Shown here: in pieces, positions 36,632-46,486 of the stretch
How the letters are laid out: each line of letters starts with the position of its first letter
Position numbering within the stretch: position 1 is the stretch's first letter
Assembly: GCA_045598245.1 (NCBI GenBank)
Contig: JAZLLQ010000029.1
Location: 50,128-114,127, forward strand
Source: Candidatus Gastranaerophilales bacterium
Lineage (GTDB): Bacteria > Cyanobacteriota > Vampirovibrionia > Gastranaerophilales > JAILCC01
Direction of reading: 5' to 3'
DNA: 64,000 nucleotides
Translations under genes and position numbers: made by a program
Notes under the pieces: generated by a model
The model's database searches: none
The model's input: the letters and a program-made list of their open reading frames with translations, nothing else
Told to the model about the DNA's origin: nothing

Positions 36632-37378
36632 ATGATAGACCACGTAAACAGACCACAGTGTTATAGCGCTTTTTTTGCTCAAAAAAACCCTATAACGGTA
36701 CAGCATAAAGAGGAAAATAAAGCTCCTGCATTTGTAAAAGTCGGAACTGCAATCGGTGCCGGAATTTGTGCTTACGGGGCTACTTATCTGATTGCTAAAA
36801 AGCAATCAAAAGCATTGAACAAAGCAATCAATGTATTTAATGTAAAATTTGACGAAAAAAATATGCTTTTTGTTGCGAGTGCCGCACTGCTTGGCGGTAT
36901 GTTTGCCGGTATGGTATTGGATAAACAAGAATACAGAAAAGCAAAATTTCAGGAAGGTATACATCAGGCTGTTGCAAATATAATTTGTCCTCTTGCATTG
37001 GTTGCTTGCCTGAACAAAGGTTTTGAAAAAATAAGACCGTATATTAAATTGCCTTCAGTAAAAGAAACTTCTCAGATAAAAAAAGTTATCAATAATTCAA
37101 TAAAGATTATCCCAAACCTTGGTGTAACTCTTGCGGGACTTGTAGGCGGTGTATTGATAGGAACTGAAATTGCCAACAAGATAAACAAAAGTTCATCAGA
37201 AAATTTCACTCCGAGAAAAGTAAAATTATTAGATTTTATGTACCACCCTGATGATGTTGCAGCAGCCTTTGTGCTTGCGGATAAAAACGGATATCTTCAA
37301 AAAGTAGTTGGCAGAATTATTCCGCCGGTATTTATGATGCATGGATACGAAGCAGGTACCAAAAGAACTAATGCTTAA
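36632..37378 (+). CDS. hypothetical integral membrane protein (~4 TM)
   Basis: ORF with several hydrophobic helices and no recognisable motif. A possible extended -10 (TGTTATAAT) lies upstream. Confidence 0.5.
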   Translation: MIDHVNRPQCYSAFFAQKNPITVQHKEENKAPAFVKVGTAIGAGICAYGATYLIAKKQSKALNKAINVFNVKFDEKNMLFVASAALLGGMFAGMVLDKQEYRKAKFQEGIHQAVANIICPLALVACLNKGFEKIRPYIKLPSVKETSQIKKVINNSIKIIPNLGVTLAGLVGGVLIGTEIANKINKSSSENFTPRKVKLLDFMYHPDDVAAAFVLADKNGYLQKVVGRIIPPVFMMHGYEAGTKRTNA

Positions 37379-37379
37379 A

Positions 37380-37718
37380 TTACTCTTCCAATAAGTGCAA
37401 GCCTATATTTAAACCTTGTGGCCCAAAAAATTGTGATATTTTGGCTATTCCTTTGTACTCAAGTCCGTCTAAATTCAATTCCACGTTAAATGCTTTATTG
37501 CTTTGGTTTGACATGTCTTCCAACAACAGATATTGATTATCAGGCATGCTTTCATTGTCTAAATTAAGTATAAATTTTTCTATACTTTCATTTTTCTGAG
37601 TTTTAAAATTAAAAGCCTCATAAATTTCATCTAAATAACCATAAGTTAAATCGAACTGAACTTTCCCTGATTTGTAATCAACTAGCAAAACATCTTTAAT
37701 CTCAGAATGCATATCCAA
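37380..37718 (-). CDS. hypothetical small acidic cytoplasmic protein
   Basis: 112-aa ORF with no recognisable domain. Convergent with the previous gene with a 1-nt gap. Confidence 0.45.
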   Translation of the reverse strand: MDMHSEIKDVLLVDYKSGKVQFDLTYGYLDEIYEAFNFKTQKNESIEKFILNLDNESMPDNQYLLLEDMSNQSNKAFNVELNLDGLEYKGIAKISQFFGPQGLNIGLHLLEE

Positions 37719-37859
37719 ACCTCATTGTGCCGTATTTATATAATAACAAATATTAAGTCGTTTTTCAACCTTTAGGCAAAAAATTTAGCAAAAATTTTAA
37801 TTATATTGTATAATGGCAGGGTAAAGTATAAGTATGGTTAAATAATTGTTAGGAGAATT

Positions 37860-38315
37860 ATGAAAAAAATATTTTTAGCATTAATGTTATGTTCATTTGT
37901 ACTAGTTACTGGTTGTGAGAAAAAAGACGAGGCAAAAGTTCCAAAATCCGTTATTATTTACCAGCAATTGGAACTAACTGCTGATCAAAACAAAAAATTA
38001 ACTGATATAAGAGCAACTCAAAGAGCAAAAATTGATAATATTCGTAAAGATTTGGAAAAACAAAGAAAAACTTTAATTGATGCAGATGCTATCAAGTCTT
38101 TGACAGAAGATCAGAAAAAAGAAAATTACGAAAAATACAGAACTGCTTCAAATGAAATGAGAGATAAATTGACTGCTGCAAGAGCAGAATATGATGTAGC
38201 TTTTATGGATATTTTGGATGATAATCAAAGAAAAATCTATAAAAAATATCTAAACCAAAGAGAAAAAGAAAAAGAACAGAGAGTTAAAGACGCTAAAAAG
38301 CAAGCAGTTAAATAA
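37860..38315 (+). CDS. periplasmic lipoprotein with LTxxQ repeats (Spy/CpxP/ZraP-like)
   Basis: Lipobox LVTGC. Repeated LTADQ / LTEDQ / LDDNQ helices. RBS AGGAGA. Confidence 0.65.
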   Translation: MKKIFLALMLCSFVLVTGCEKKDEAKVPKSVIIYQQLELTADQNKKLTDIRATQRAKIDNIRKDLEKQRKTLIDADAIKSLTEDQKKENYEKYRTASNEMRDKLTAARAEYDVAFMDILDDNQRKIYKKYLNQREKEKEQRVKDAKKQAVK

Positions 38316-38330
38316 GTTTAACACAATGGA

Positions 38331-38362
38331 AAAGAGCCAATATTTATATTGGCTCTTTTGTT
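38331..38362 (+). terminator. rho-independent terminator
   Basis: 12-bp stem AAAGAGCCAATA/TATTGGCTCTTT followed by TTTTGTTG. Confidence 0.75.
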
Positions 38363-38433
38363 GTATAATAATTTTATGCGAATTATAATAATTTGCGAAG
38401 GATAATATATAGAGTTAATTGAATTGAGAAGAT

Positions 38434-39378
38434 ATGTTTGAAAATACTGATATGATTTGCATAGGCGAAAGTTTGATAGAATTATCAACAAATGACAGCC
38501 TTGCTTATGCACAAACTTTAGATAAATATTTTGGCGGAGACACAATGGCAACAGCAGTTGCAGCCTCTAAACTAGGTGCGAAAGTCGGGTATATTACCGT
38601 TATTGGTAATGATTATCTTAAAGATTTTCTGATGGATGCTTGTGACAGGGAAGGACTTGATACGAGTCAAATACGTCTTGCTGATGGTTCAAACGGACTT
38701 TATTTCATAGCCAGATGCAAAAACGGTAAAAAAGAGTTTGTATATTACAGGCAAAAAACAGCGGCAACCACCCTTTGTGAAGAAAATATTTCGCCTGAAT
38801 ATATTCAAAATACAAAAGTTGTTTATGCAACAGGTATTACCCAATCGCTTTCATTGAGTGCTGCCGAAGCAGTCAAAAAAGCATTTAAAGCAGCAAAAGA
38901 AAACGGTATAAAAGTTGCTTATGATATAAATTATGCCGCAAGAATTTGGGGTATAGCGGAAGCTAAAGCAGCATTTGAAGAAATTTTACCATACACGGAT
39001 ATAATATTTTTAAATCTTGAACATGACGCAAAAACCTTATATGGAATTGCATCAGCTGATTTAATCATAAAAATGCTTTGGGATAAAGGTATTAATACTA
39101 TCGTGGTTAGAGAAAATGACGGAACTGTTTCTCTGGGATACAATGGAGAAATAGTAACAAAAAAACAAATTGAAGTTGATGAAATCGTTGATACAACAGG
39201 TTCGGGGGATGTATTTAACGGTGCATTTTTGTACGGTATAATCAATGGTTACACACCTTTTGAGGCTTTGAGGATTGCTTTAATAGATAATTATTATCAA
39301 GTTCAGGGTATTGGAGCAATTAAATCAATTCCCGATAAAGAACTGGTATTTAATCATTATAACAGCTTGGAAGTATAA
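38434..39378 (+). CDS. PfkB-family sugar kinase (2-dehydro-3-deoxygluconokinase-like)
   Basis: Ribokinase-fold motifs GGDTMATAVAASKLG and DTTGSGDVFNGAF. Confidence 0.8.
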   Translation: MFENTDMICIGESLIELSTNDSLAYAQTLDKYFGGDTMATAVAASKLGAKVGYITVIGNDYLKDFLMDACDREGLDTSQIRLADGSNGLYFIARCKNGKKEFVYYRQKTAATTLCEENISPEYIQNTKVVYATGITQSLSLSAAEAVKKAFKAAKENGIKVAYDINYAARIWGIAEAKAAFEEILPYTDIIFLNLEHDAKTLYGIASADLIIKMLWDKGINTIVVRENDGTVSLGYNGEIVTKKQIEVDEIVDTTGSGDVFNGAFLYGIINGYTPFEALRIALIDNYYQVQGIGAIKSIPDKELVFNHYNSLEV

Positions 39379-39383
39379 ATATT

Positions 39384-40472
39384 ATGAAATTTTTGCTTGC
39401 AGGATATTTTGGTTTTGGAAACTTTGGAGATGAGGCAATTTTAAAATATGCCATAGATATTTTGCGTTATTATTATAAAAATTCCGAAATTACAATTTTG
39501 ACGCAAAATACACTTTATGCTAAAAAAAATCTCGGAGTAACCGGCATTTACAGATTTGATATGAAAAATGTAATTATCGGAATAAAGAACTGTGATTACC
39601 TTATTTTTCCCGGTGGAAGTGTTCTTCAGGATGTGACAAGTGTAAAAAGTATTCTTTACTATTTATCGTTGATATTTTTGGCGAATTTGTTTAAAAAGAA
39701 AGTTATTTTATTAGCACAAGGAATAGGACCTATAAATAATAAATTTGTACAAAAATTAACTTATACTCTTTTAAAAAAAACTTCATTAATAACGTTACGG
39801 GATGAGAAAAGTTATGATACTTTAATGAAAAACGATGTGATTGCAGACTTGACAGCAGATTTACTATGGGCATTTACACAAAAACCCAAAGAATCAACGC
39901 AACATGAAACCGTAGTATACGGTGATATTTCCTGTAATGTTGAACGCAAAAAAATCGGCATACAATTAAGAAATTGGGTTGGAATGACAACTGAGAAGCT
40001 CAATATTATTGCCCGAAACGTATTGAAAAATTTTCATCATATTGAATTTGATTACAAATTAATTTGTCTGCAAAAAAATTCCGATGAAAAAATATTGGTA
40101 GAGCTTGGTGAAATAATGCACAAAATACAGCCGCAAGCGAGAATAGAACTTTTAATGGAAGAAGATATTGAAAAAAATATCGAATTTTTGCAAAGTATGG
40201 ATTATATGATAGCAATGCGTTTTCATGCAGGATTATGTACAATTAATTCTGAAAAATCATTGCTTATGCTTTCTTATGACCCTAAAACAGAAGAATTTTG
40301 CAAAGAATTAGGACTCGAATATATTGATGTAAAAGATTTTGATGAAGAAGCCTTTAAAGCAGCAATAAAATGGTTAAAGGAATTTAATCCGACAAGAACA
40401 GCTTTAAAGACAAATATTTTAGTTAAAAAATCTCAACGAAATGTAGATTTTCTCGTGAAGGAGATAGGTTAA
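39384..40472 (+). CDS. csaB: polysaccharide pyruvyl transferase CsaB
   Basis: N-terminal LLAGYFGFGNFGDEAIL is the CsaB signature. Adjacent to a TagA-family gene. Confidence 0.8.
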   Translation: MKFLLAGYFGFGNFGDEAILKYAIDILRYYYKNSEITILTQNTLYAKKNLGVTGIYRFDMKNVIIGIKNCDYLIFPGGSVLQDVTSVKSILYYLSLIFLANLFKKKVILLAQGIGPINNKFVQKLTYTLLKKTSLITLRDEKSYDTLMKNDVIADLTADLLWAFTQKPKESTQHETVVYGDISCNVERKKIGIQLRNWVGMTTEKLNIIARNVLKNFHHIEFDYKLICLQKNSDEKILVELGEIMHKIQPQARIELLMEEDIEKNIEFLQSMDYMIAMRFHAGLCTINSEKSLLMLSYDPKTEEFCKELGLEYIDVKDFDEEAFKAAIKWLKEFNPTRTALKTNILVKKSQRNVDFLVKEIG

Positions 40473-40475
40473 AGT

Positions 40476-41219
40476 ATGAAAAATAAGCGAAGGAGAGCAA
40501 GTTTATTCGGTTTACCGATAGATATAACAACGATGAATGATGCAAAAGATTTGTTAATGTTTGCTGAAAAACCAATGCATGTAATAACTATTAATCCTGA
40601 AATGCTCACAAAATCTTATAAAGATGAAGAATTGTCAAATATAATTAAAAATGCTGATTTGGTTGTTCCGGATGGTATCGGGGTAGTTATGGGATTAAAA
40701 ATGATAGGGGTTAAAACTAACCGTATTCCCGGGATTGAACTTGCACATGGCATACTTGAAATGGCTCAAATGACAAGTTTAACGGTTGCACTTATAGGTG
40801 CTGATGAGGATACAATTCAAAAAACAAAAGCAGAACTTTTAAAGCAATTTCCTGAGCTTAATATTATATACGTCCATAACGGATATTTTAACAATGAAGA
40901 AGAACAAATTATTATAAAAGAACTTCAAAACTTACAACCTGATATCATTTTAGCAGGACTGGGTTTCCCTAAACAGGAAAAATTCTTAACAAACTTTAAA
41001 AACTTTGAAAAAAGAACTATAATGATAGGAGTGGGTGGCAGTTTTGATGTATGGGCAAAAAAGGTAAAACGTGCGCCAATGATTTTTCAAAAACTTAATT
41101 TGGAGTGGTTTTACAGGTTGTTGTGCCAACCAAGCCGTTTTTCAAGAATGTTCCCTGCGATACCGTTATTTTTATTAAGAGTACCGTTGAATTATAAGCT
41201 AAACAGAAAAGAGTATTAA
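40476..41219 (+). CDS. WecB/TagA/CpsF-family glycosyltransferase (N-acetylmannosaminyltransferase-like)
   Basis: GLPID......A........MHVITINPEM, VPDGIGVV, GFPKQE and EW.YRL motifs of GT26. Confidence 0.85.
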   Translation: MKNKRRRASLFGLPIDITTMNDAKDLLMFAEKPMHVITINPEMLTKSYKDEELSNIIKNADLVVPDGIGVVMGLKMIGVKTNRIPGIELAHGILEMAQMTSLTVALIGADEDTIQKTKAELLKQFPELNIIYVHNGYFNNEEEQIIIKELQNLQPDIILAGLGFPKQEKFLTNFKNFEKRTIMIGVGGSFDVWAKKVKRAPMIFQKLNLEWFYRLLCQPSRFSRMFPAIPLFLLRVPLNYKLNRKEY

Positions 41220-42071
41220 ATGCAGACAAAATTATCACAAAGCGAATTGGAAAAGTTAAAAAAGACAGCAAAGGAAATCAGAATTTCTATTTTGAAAATG
41301 ATTTATAATGCTCAATCGGGTCACTTAGGTGGAAACTTGAGTGCGGTAGAATTAATACTGACTTTATATAAAAAGGTTTTAAAACATGACAAAGCGTGGA
41401 AAAGAAGTAAAAAATTTAATGAGAGAGACAGATTTGTTTTGTCAAAAGGACACGCATCTGCTGCTTTATATTGTGTTTTAGCCGAAGAAGGATACTTTGA
41501 TAAAAAAGAACTTATGACATTCAGAAAATTCGGTTCAAAATTGCAAGGACACCCGAGTTCAAGAATGTTAGACGGGATTGAAATCTCAACAGGTTCTTTG
41601 GGACAAGGGCTTTCAATAGCTTGTGGTATGGCTTTGGGGTTAAAATTAGACAAAATTGATTCATTTGTATATGCATATCTTGGCGATGGCGAAATTCAAG
41701 AAGGTCAAGTATATGAAGCAATGATGAATGCAGGTCACAACAGACTAAATAATTTGATAGCTATTGTCGATAGAAACGGATATCAAATTGACGGTCATAC
41801 CGAATGTGTTAAATCTGTTCAGCCTATTGATAAAAAATTCCAAAGTTTCGGCTGGGTAACTTTAGAAGTAGACGGTCACAATATTGAAAGAATTTTGGAA
41901 ACATACGGAAAAGCAAAAGAACTTGCTGTTTCTCATAAAAAACCTGTTGCTATAATTGCAAATACCGTAAAAGGTAAAGGTGTATCATTTATGGAAAACA
42001 CATCTGCGTGGCACGGTAAAGCACCAAATGAAGAACAGTTTAAGGCAGCATTAAAAGAGTTAGAGGAGTAA
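41220..42071 (+). CDS. transketolase, N-terminal (TPP-binding) subunit
   Basis: SGHLGGNLS and GDGEIQEG motifs. Followed by the C-terminal subunit. Confidence 0.9.
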   Translation: MQTKLSQSELEKLKKTAKEIRISILKMIYNAQSGHLGGNLSAVELILTLYKKVLKHDKAWKRSKKFNERDRFVLSKGHASAALYCVLAEEGYFDKKELMTFRKFGSKLQGHPSSRMLDGIEISTGSLGQGLSIACGMALGLKLDKIDSFVYAYLGDGEIQEGQVYEAMMNAGHNRLNNLIAIVDRNGYQIDGHTECVKSVQPIDKKFQSFGWVTLEVDGHNIERILETYGKAKELAVSHKKPVAIIANTVKGKGVSFMENTSAWHGKAPNEEQFKAALKELEE

Positions 42072-42077
42072 ATAAAT

Positions 42078-43019
42078 ATGGGAATAGTTATAGGTGAAAA
42101 AAACTCAGTCAGAAAAATTTACGGTCAAACTCTTGCTGAATTAGGTTCTCAAAGGGATGATATAGTTGTAATTGATGCTGATTTATCCTGCTCAACAATG
42201 ACGTCTTTATTTGCAAAAGAGCACGGTGAAAGATTTTTTAATTCCGGTATTGCTGAGCAAGATGCTATTTGTACGGCAGCAGGCTTAGCGACTTGTGGTA
42301 AAACTGCTTTTGTAAGTACATTTGCAATGTTTGCAACTGGCAGAGCTTATGATCAAATAAGAAATACTGTCGCATATTCAAATATAAATGTTAAAATTGT
42401 TGCAACACATGGTGGTATAACTGTCGGAGAAGATGGTGCAAGCCATCAAATGCTTGAAGATATAGGCTTAATGAGAGGGATACCAAATATGACAATTCTC
42501 GTTCCTTCAGATGGTATTGAAACAAAAGAAATGATTAAATTTGCAGCGGATTATAAAGGACCTGTTTATATAAGACTTTCAAGAACAAACCTTTTTGATA
42601 TTCATGACAAAGATTATAAGTTTGAACTTGGTAAAGCAGAAGTTGTTGACGAAGGCAAAGACGTAACTTTAATTACAAATGGTGAAACTGTAATTGAGTG
42701 TGTTAATGCTAAAAAACTTTTATTGGAAAAAGGCATTGATGCAGAAATTATTAACCTTGCAACGGTCAAACCGCTTGATGTTGAAACAATTGTGAACAGT
42801 GCAAAGAAAACAAACAGAGTATTTACAATAGAAAACCATTCTATCAATAATGGTATAGGAAGTGCTGTTTGTGAAGCACTGAGCGAACATTATCCATGTA
42901 AAGTTACAAGATTAGGTATTAAAGACGTATTCGGTCAAAGTGGTGAACAACGTGAACTTATGCATTATTATCGTCTAACTGCGGACGAACTTGCAGAAGA
43001 TATCGCAAAATTAATGTAA
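42078..43019 (+). CDS. transketolase, C-terminal (pyrimidine-binding) subunit
   Basis: GIAEQDA and EDGASHQ motifs. Split-transketolase arrangement. Confidence 0.9.
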   Translation: MGIVIGEKNSVRKIYGQTLAELGSQRDDIVVIDADLSCSTMTSLFAKEHGERFFNSGIAEQDAICTAAGLATCGKTAFVSTFAMFATGRAYDQIRNTVAYSNINVKIVATHGGITVGEDGASHQMLEDIGLMRGIPNMTILVPSDGIETKEMIKFAADYKGPVYIRLSRTNLFDIHDKDYKFELGKAEVVDEGKDVTLITNGETVIECVNAKKLLLEKGIDAEIINLATVKPLDVETIVNSAKKTNRVFTIENHSINNGIGSAVCEALSEHYPCKVTRLGIKDVFGQSGEQRELMHYYRLTADELAEDIAKLM

Positions 43020-44363
43020 TTATAAACCTAAAATAATTTCTTTGACCCAATCTCTGCCCTTGATTAAACTTTCAAAATCAACTCTTTCATCGGCGGAGTG
43101 CATATTCAGGATGTTTGCAACACCCAGTAACATCGGTTTAAATGTTTGATTTTTTGCATTCTTTTTGTAGTTTTGTAAAACATGTGTTTCTGCGGCTGCG
43201 TGGAATGAAGTTGCCTTTGAATTTAACCCTGCTTTTTTTGCAGCATTCAAAACCTTATTCAAAAATTCTTCATCATAGTCTTTTACAAATGAAGGCATGT
43301 GGGAATTAAAAGTATACACGACTTTTATTTTACCTTCATATTTTTTAGCTATTTTATCAAGATTTTTTGAAATTTCATTTTTCAATTTTTCTTCATTTTT
43401 AGGTTCAGAACTTCTTATTGAATAAGAAGCATAAGCATTAGCTGAAATAATATTCCTAAAAGATTTTTCAGCTATTTCATTCATGATTTGTTCCTGAGTT
43501 TGGATGTTTAAATCTTTTTTATTGCTCAACAAATACAAACCGGCACTACCGCCAATAACAGTACCTGAGTTTATTGATGTTACAACACCTGTACTATCTT
43601 TCTTATAAACACCCTGAGGAATAGCACTGATAACTTCGCCAAGAACTTTGTTTGCACTGACTCTTGTATTATCGCCAATATCAACTCCTGAATGACCGCT
43701 CTTTCCTTCAATAATAGCAACGTTGAGATTAGTAAAACTTGCCCCTGCAATGTTACATTCACCAACATCGCTTCCGTCAAGTATTAAGGCGTTTCTTGAA
43801 TTAAGTTTTGATGTATCAAGATTTTTTATACCGCTCATCCCGTTTTCTTCATCACGGGTGAAAGTAGCTTCTATCATAGGGTGAGGAATTTCAGGATGAT
43901 TTTTAAAGTATGTAAGTATATCTATAATAACAGCACCACCGGCTTTATCATCAGAACCTAAAGAACGTGTTTTATCCGTTTCCAAATATTTGCCGTCAGC
44001 AGAAATTCTAATATTGACAGGGTCATCACTTCCCACAACATCCATGTGAGAACTTAATATTAAAGAATCTTTGTCTGAATTATTAGCATCCAATCTTGCA
44101 ATAACATTCCCGTAATCATCTTTTTGTGTCTGAATACCTGCATTAGTCAGGAGTTCTATAATTTTGTTTGAAACATTATCTTCTTTTAAACTTGGTGAAG
44201 GTATTTCAGCAAGTTGTATAAAATAATCAATAACGGTATCTTGTTTTCTTAATTCTTCCAAATTCATGTTTTTATCTCCTTTAATATTGTTTTTTGCCAA
44301 GCCACTGCAAGAAATAGCAAATATACAAGCAAATGTAAATATTATTTTAAACAAATTTTTCAT
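43020..44363 (-). CDS. M20-family metallopeptidase (peptidase T-like) with a lipoprotein signal peptide
   Basis: Lipobox FAISC at the N-terminus. SSHMDVVG and GSDDKAGGA metal-ligand motifs. A strong RBS AAGGAG lies 8 nt before the first ATG. Confidence 0.75.
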   Translation of the reverse strand: MKNLFKIIFTFACIFAISCSGLAKNNIKGDKNMNLEELRKQDTVIDYFIQLAEIPSPSLKEDNVSNKIIELLTNAGIQTQKDDYGNVIARLDANNSDKDSLILSSHMDVVGSDDPVNIRISADGKYLETDKTRSLGSDDKAGGAVIIDILTYFKNHPEIPHPMIEATFTRDEENGMSGIKNLDTSKLNSRNALILDGSDVGECNIAGASFTNLNVAIIEGKSGHSGVDIGDNTRVSANKVLGEVISAIPQGVYKKDSTGVVTSINSGTVIGGSAGLYLLSNKKDLNIQTQEQIMNEIAEKSFRNIISANAYASYSIRSSEPKNEEKLKNEISKNLDKIAKKYEGKIKVVYTFNSHMPSFVKDYDEEFLNKVLNAAKKAGLNSKATSFHAAAETHVLQNYKKNAKNQTFKPMLLGVANILNMHSADERVDFESLIKGRDWVKEIILGL

Positions 44364-44534
44364 TTCAGCTACTCCTTCTCAAATATTATAAACTATTTAA
44401 GTAATTTGTAAAATTAAAAAATGCCCTATTTGAAAGAAACATGTAAATGTGCAAATTTGAACTAAATATAATTGATGCCGTTAAAGTATCAACTGTGTGA
44501 AAATACCGTGTTTATTTCATATTATATTTTAAAT

Positions 44535-45761
44535 TTATTCATATCTTAAAGCGTCAATAGGATTAAGTTTTGATGCTTTTCTTGCGGGGTAATATCCAAA
44601 TCCGACTCCGACAATAGCCGAAAATCCGAATGATACAAGTATCGGATATAAAGTTATTACTGCTTTCATCCCAAATAATGCTGCTATAAGCGGTGATATG
44701 ATTAAACCTATGATAATTCCCAAAATTCCGCCAACAATTGATAGAACAAGAGCTTCTATTAAAAACTGAATTTGAATATCACTCGCTCTTGCCCCAATTG
44801 CCATTCTTATACCTATTTCTTTTGTTCTTTCTGTCACGGACACAAGCATAATATTCATAATACCTATGCCGCCTACTATTAGTGATACGATGGCGATGCT
44901 GGCGAGTAAAAATGTAAAATTTTGCGTATTTTCTTTGATTTTTTCCTGAAATTCAGTATTGTTGCGTATGCTGAAGTCGTCTTCCTGATATTTCCCTAAG
45001 CCATGTCTGTTTCTCAGGATTTCCTGAACATCTTTTTCGGCAATTGCGGAGTCTTCAACTGATTTAGCCTGAACTATAATTTGGCTGACAGCACCCGGAA
45101 AATCAGTTCCAAAAATTTTTCTTTGAGCTGTTGTCAAAGGTATAAACACTAAATCATCCTGATCCATTGGTCCCGTTGCACCTTTTGTCTTTAATGTTCC
45201 TATAATTTTAAAGGGAACATTACCGATACGAATTGTTTTGCCAATGGAATTGACGTCACCAAAAAGTTCTCTTTCCACAGTTGAACCTATAAGCGCAACT
45301 TTTGCCGCATTATTGTCATCGTCTTTTGTGAATGCACGACCGTTGTTTATTTCGTAACTTTTTATGCGTAAATAAGGTCTTGTTACACCGTAAATAGAAG
45401 TAGACCAGTTCTGGTTGCCGTACATAACTTGTTTAGTAGCATTCATTGTCGGTGCAACAGCTTCTACACCTCTTGCCGTTTTTTTAATTGCGGTTGCATC
45501 TTTTACCGATAAGGTTGGTTTTGAACCCATACCCATAGAAACACCGCCGGTTTTTGCAGTTGCCGAACGAATGGTTAAAACATTTGATCCCATGGATTCC
45601 ATCATGCTCTGAGTTGCCTGATTTGTGCCTGTTCCGATAGCAAGCATTATGATTACTGCCGCAACACCGATAATTATGCCTAACGAGGTCAAACCTGAAC
45701 GCATTTTATTTATCTTTAAGGAATTTAAAGCTATTTTAAATGTTGACTTTAAATCTATCAT
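44535..45761 (-). CDS. MacB/DevC-type ABC permease (FtsX family with periplasmic domain)
   Basis: 408 aa with TM1, a large periplasmic domain and three C-terminal TM segments. Ends NPIDALRYE, typical of MacB/LolE-type proteins. Confidence 0.88.
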   Translation of the reverse strand: MIDLKSTFKIALNSLKINKMRSGLTSLGIIIGVAAVIIMLAIGTGTNQATQSMMESMGSNVLTIRSATAKTGGVSMGMGSKPTLSVKDATAIKKTARGVEAVAPTMNATKQVMYGNQNWSTSIYGVTRPYLRIKSYEINNGRAFTKDDDNNAAKVALIGSTVERELFGDVNSIGKTIRIGNVPFKIIGTLKTKGATGPMDQDDLVFIPLTTAQRKIFGTDFPGAVSQIIVQAKSVEDSAIAEKDVQEILRNRHGLGKYQEDDFSIRNNTEFQEKIKENTQNFTFLLASIAIVSLIVGGIGIMNIMLVSVTERTKEIGIRMAIGARASDIQIQFLIEALVLSIVGGILGIIIGLIISPLIAALFGMKAVITLYPILVSFGFSAIVGVGFGYYPARKASKLNPIDALRYE

Positions 45762-46474
45762 GTTTCTTTGCTCCTATATTTTTGCCATTCGTTTTTAAGC
45801 ATATCCGAAACTATTTGACCGTCTTTAAATTTGATGATGCGGTCGGTATATTCGGCAATATCAGGTTCGTGAGTGACAAGAACAATAGTTTTTCCGAATT
45901 TTTTATTGAGGTTAACGAAAAATTCCATAACATCAATGCTTGTTTTTGTATCCAAATTACCTGTCGGTTCGTCAGCAAGTATTAAAGGTGCATCATTTAC
46001 AATAGCTCTTGCAATGGCAACTCTTTGTTGTTGCCCGCCTGACATTTGTGAAGGCATATTACTTTCTTTATTTTCAAGTCCGACTATTTTTAAGGCTTCT
46101 CTTGCTTTTTCATATCTTTCTTCTTCCGGTATTCCTTTGTAAATCATAGGCAGGCATACGTTATCTATAGCGGAAGTTCTTGATATAAGATTAAACCCTT
46201 GAAAAACGAAACCGATTTTACTGTTTCTTATATAGGAAAGTTCATCATCCGATAACGAAAATACATCAACTCCGTCAAGATAATACTCACCGCTCGTTGG
46301 TTTGTCCAAAGTCCCAAGCATATTCATGCAGGTTGATTTACCTGAACCGGATGTTCCCATAATTGCCACAAATTCACCTGTTTCAACTGAAAACGAAACC
46401 CCGTTCATTGCGTGGAAACATTCATCACCCATTTGATATGTTTTTATTGCATTTTTTACTTCAATTAGTGCCAT
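45758..46474 (-). CDS. MacB/DevA/LolD-type ABC ATPase
   Basis: Walker A GTSGSGKST, MSGGQQQRVAIARA, Walker B ILADEPTGNLD. Confidence 0.9.
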   Translation of the reverse strand: MALIEVKNAIKTYQMGDECFHAMNGVSFSVETGEFVAIMGTSGSGKSTCMNMLGTLDKPTSGEYYLDGVDVFSLSDDELSYIRNSKIGFVFQGFNLISRTSAIDNVCLPMIYKGIPEEERYEKAREALKIVGLENKESNMPSQMSGGQQQRVAIARAIVNDAPLILADEPTGNLDTKTSIDVMEFFVNLNKKFGKTIVLVTHEPDIAEYTDRIIKFKDGQIVSDMLKNEWQKYRSKET

Positions 46475-46486
46475 AATTTACTCTTT

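Noticed and set aside
38318-38551. 77-aa minus-strand ORF spanning the terminator and the start of the PfkB kinase gene
   Set aside because: It runs through a strong terminator hairpin and a promoter region and overlaps a real gene start. It has low-complexity I/L/Y-rich content.
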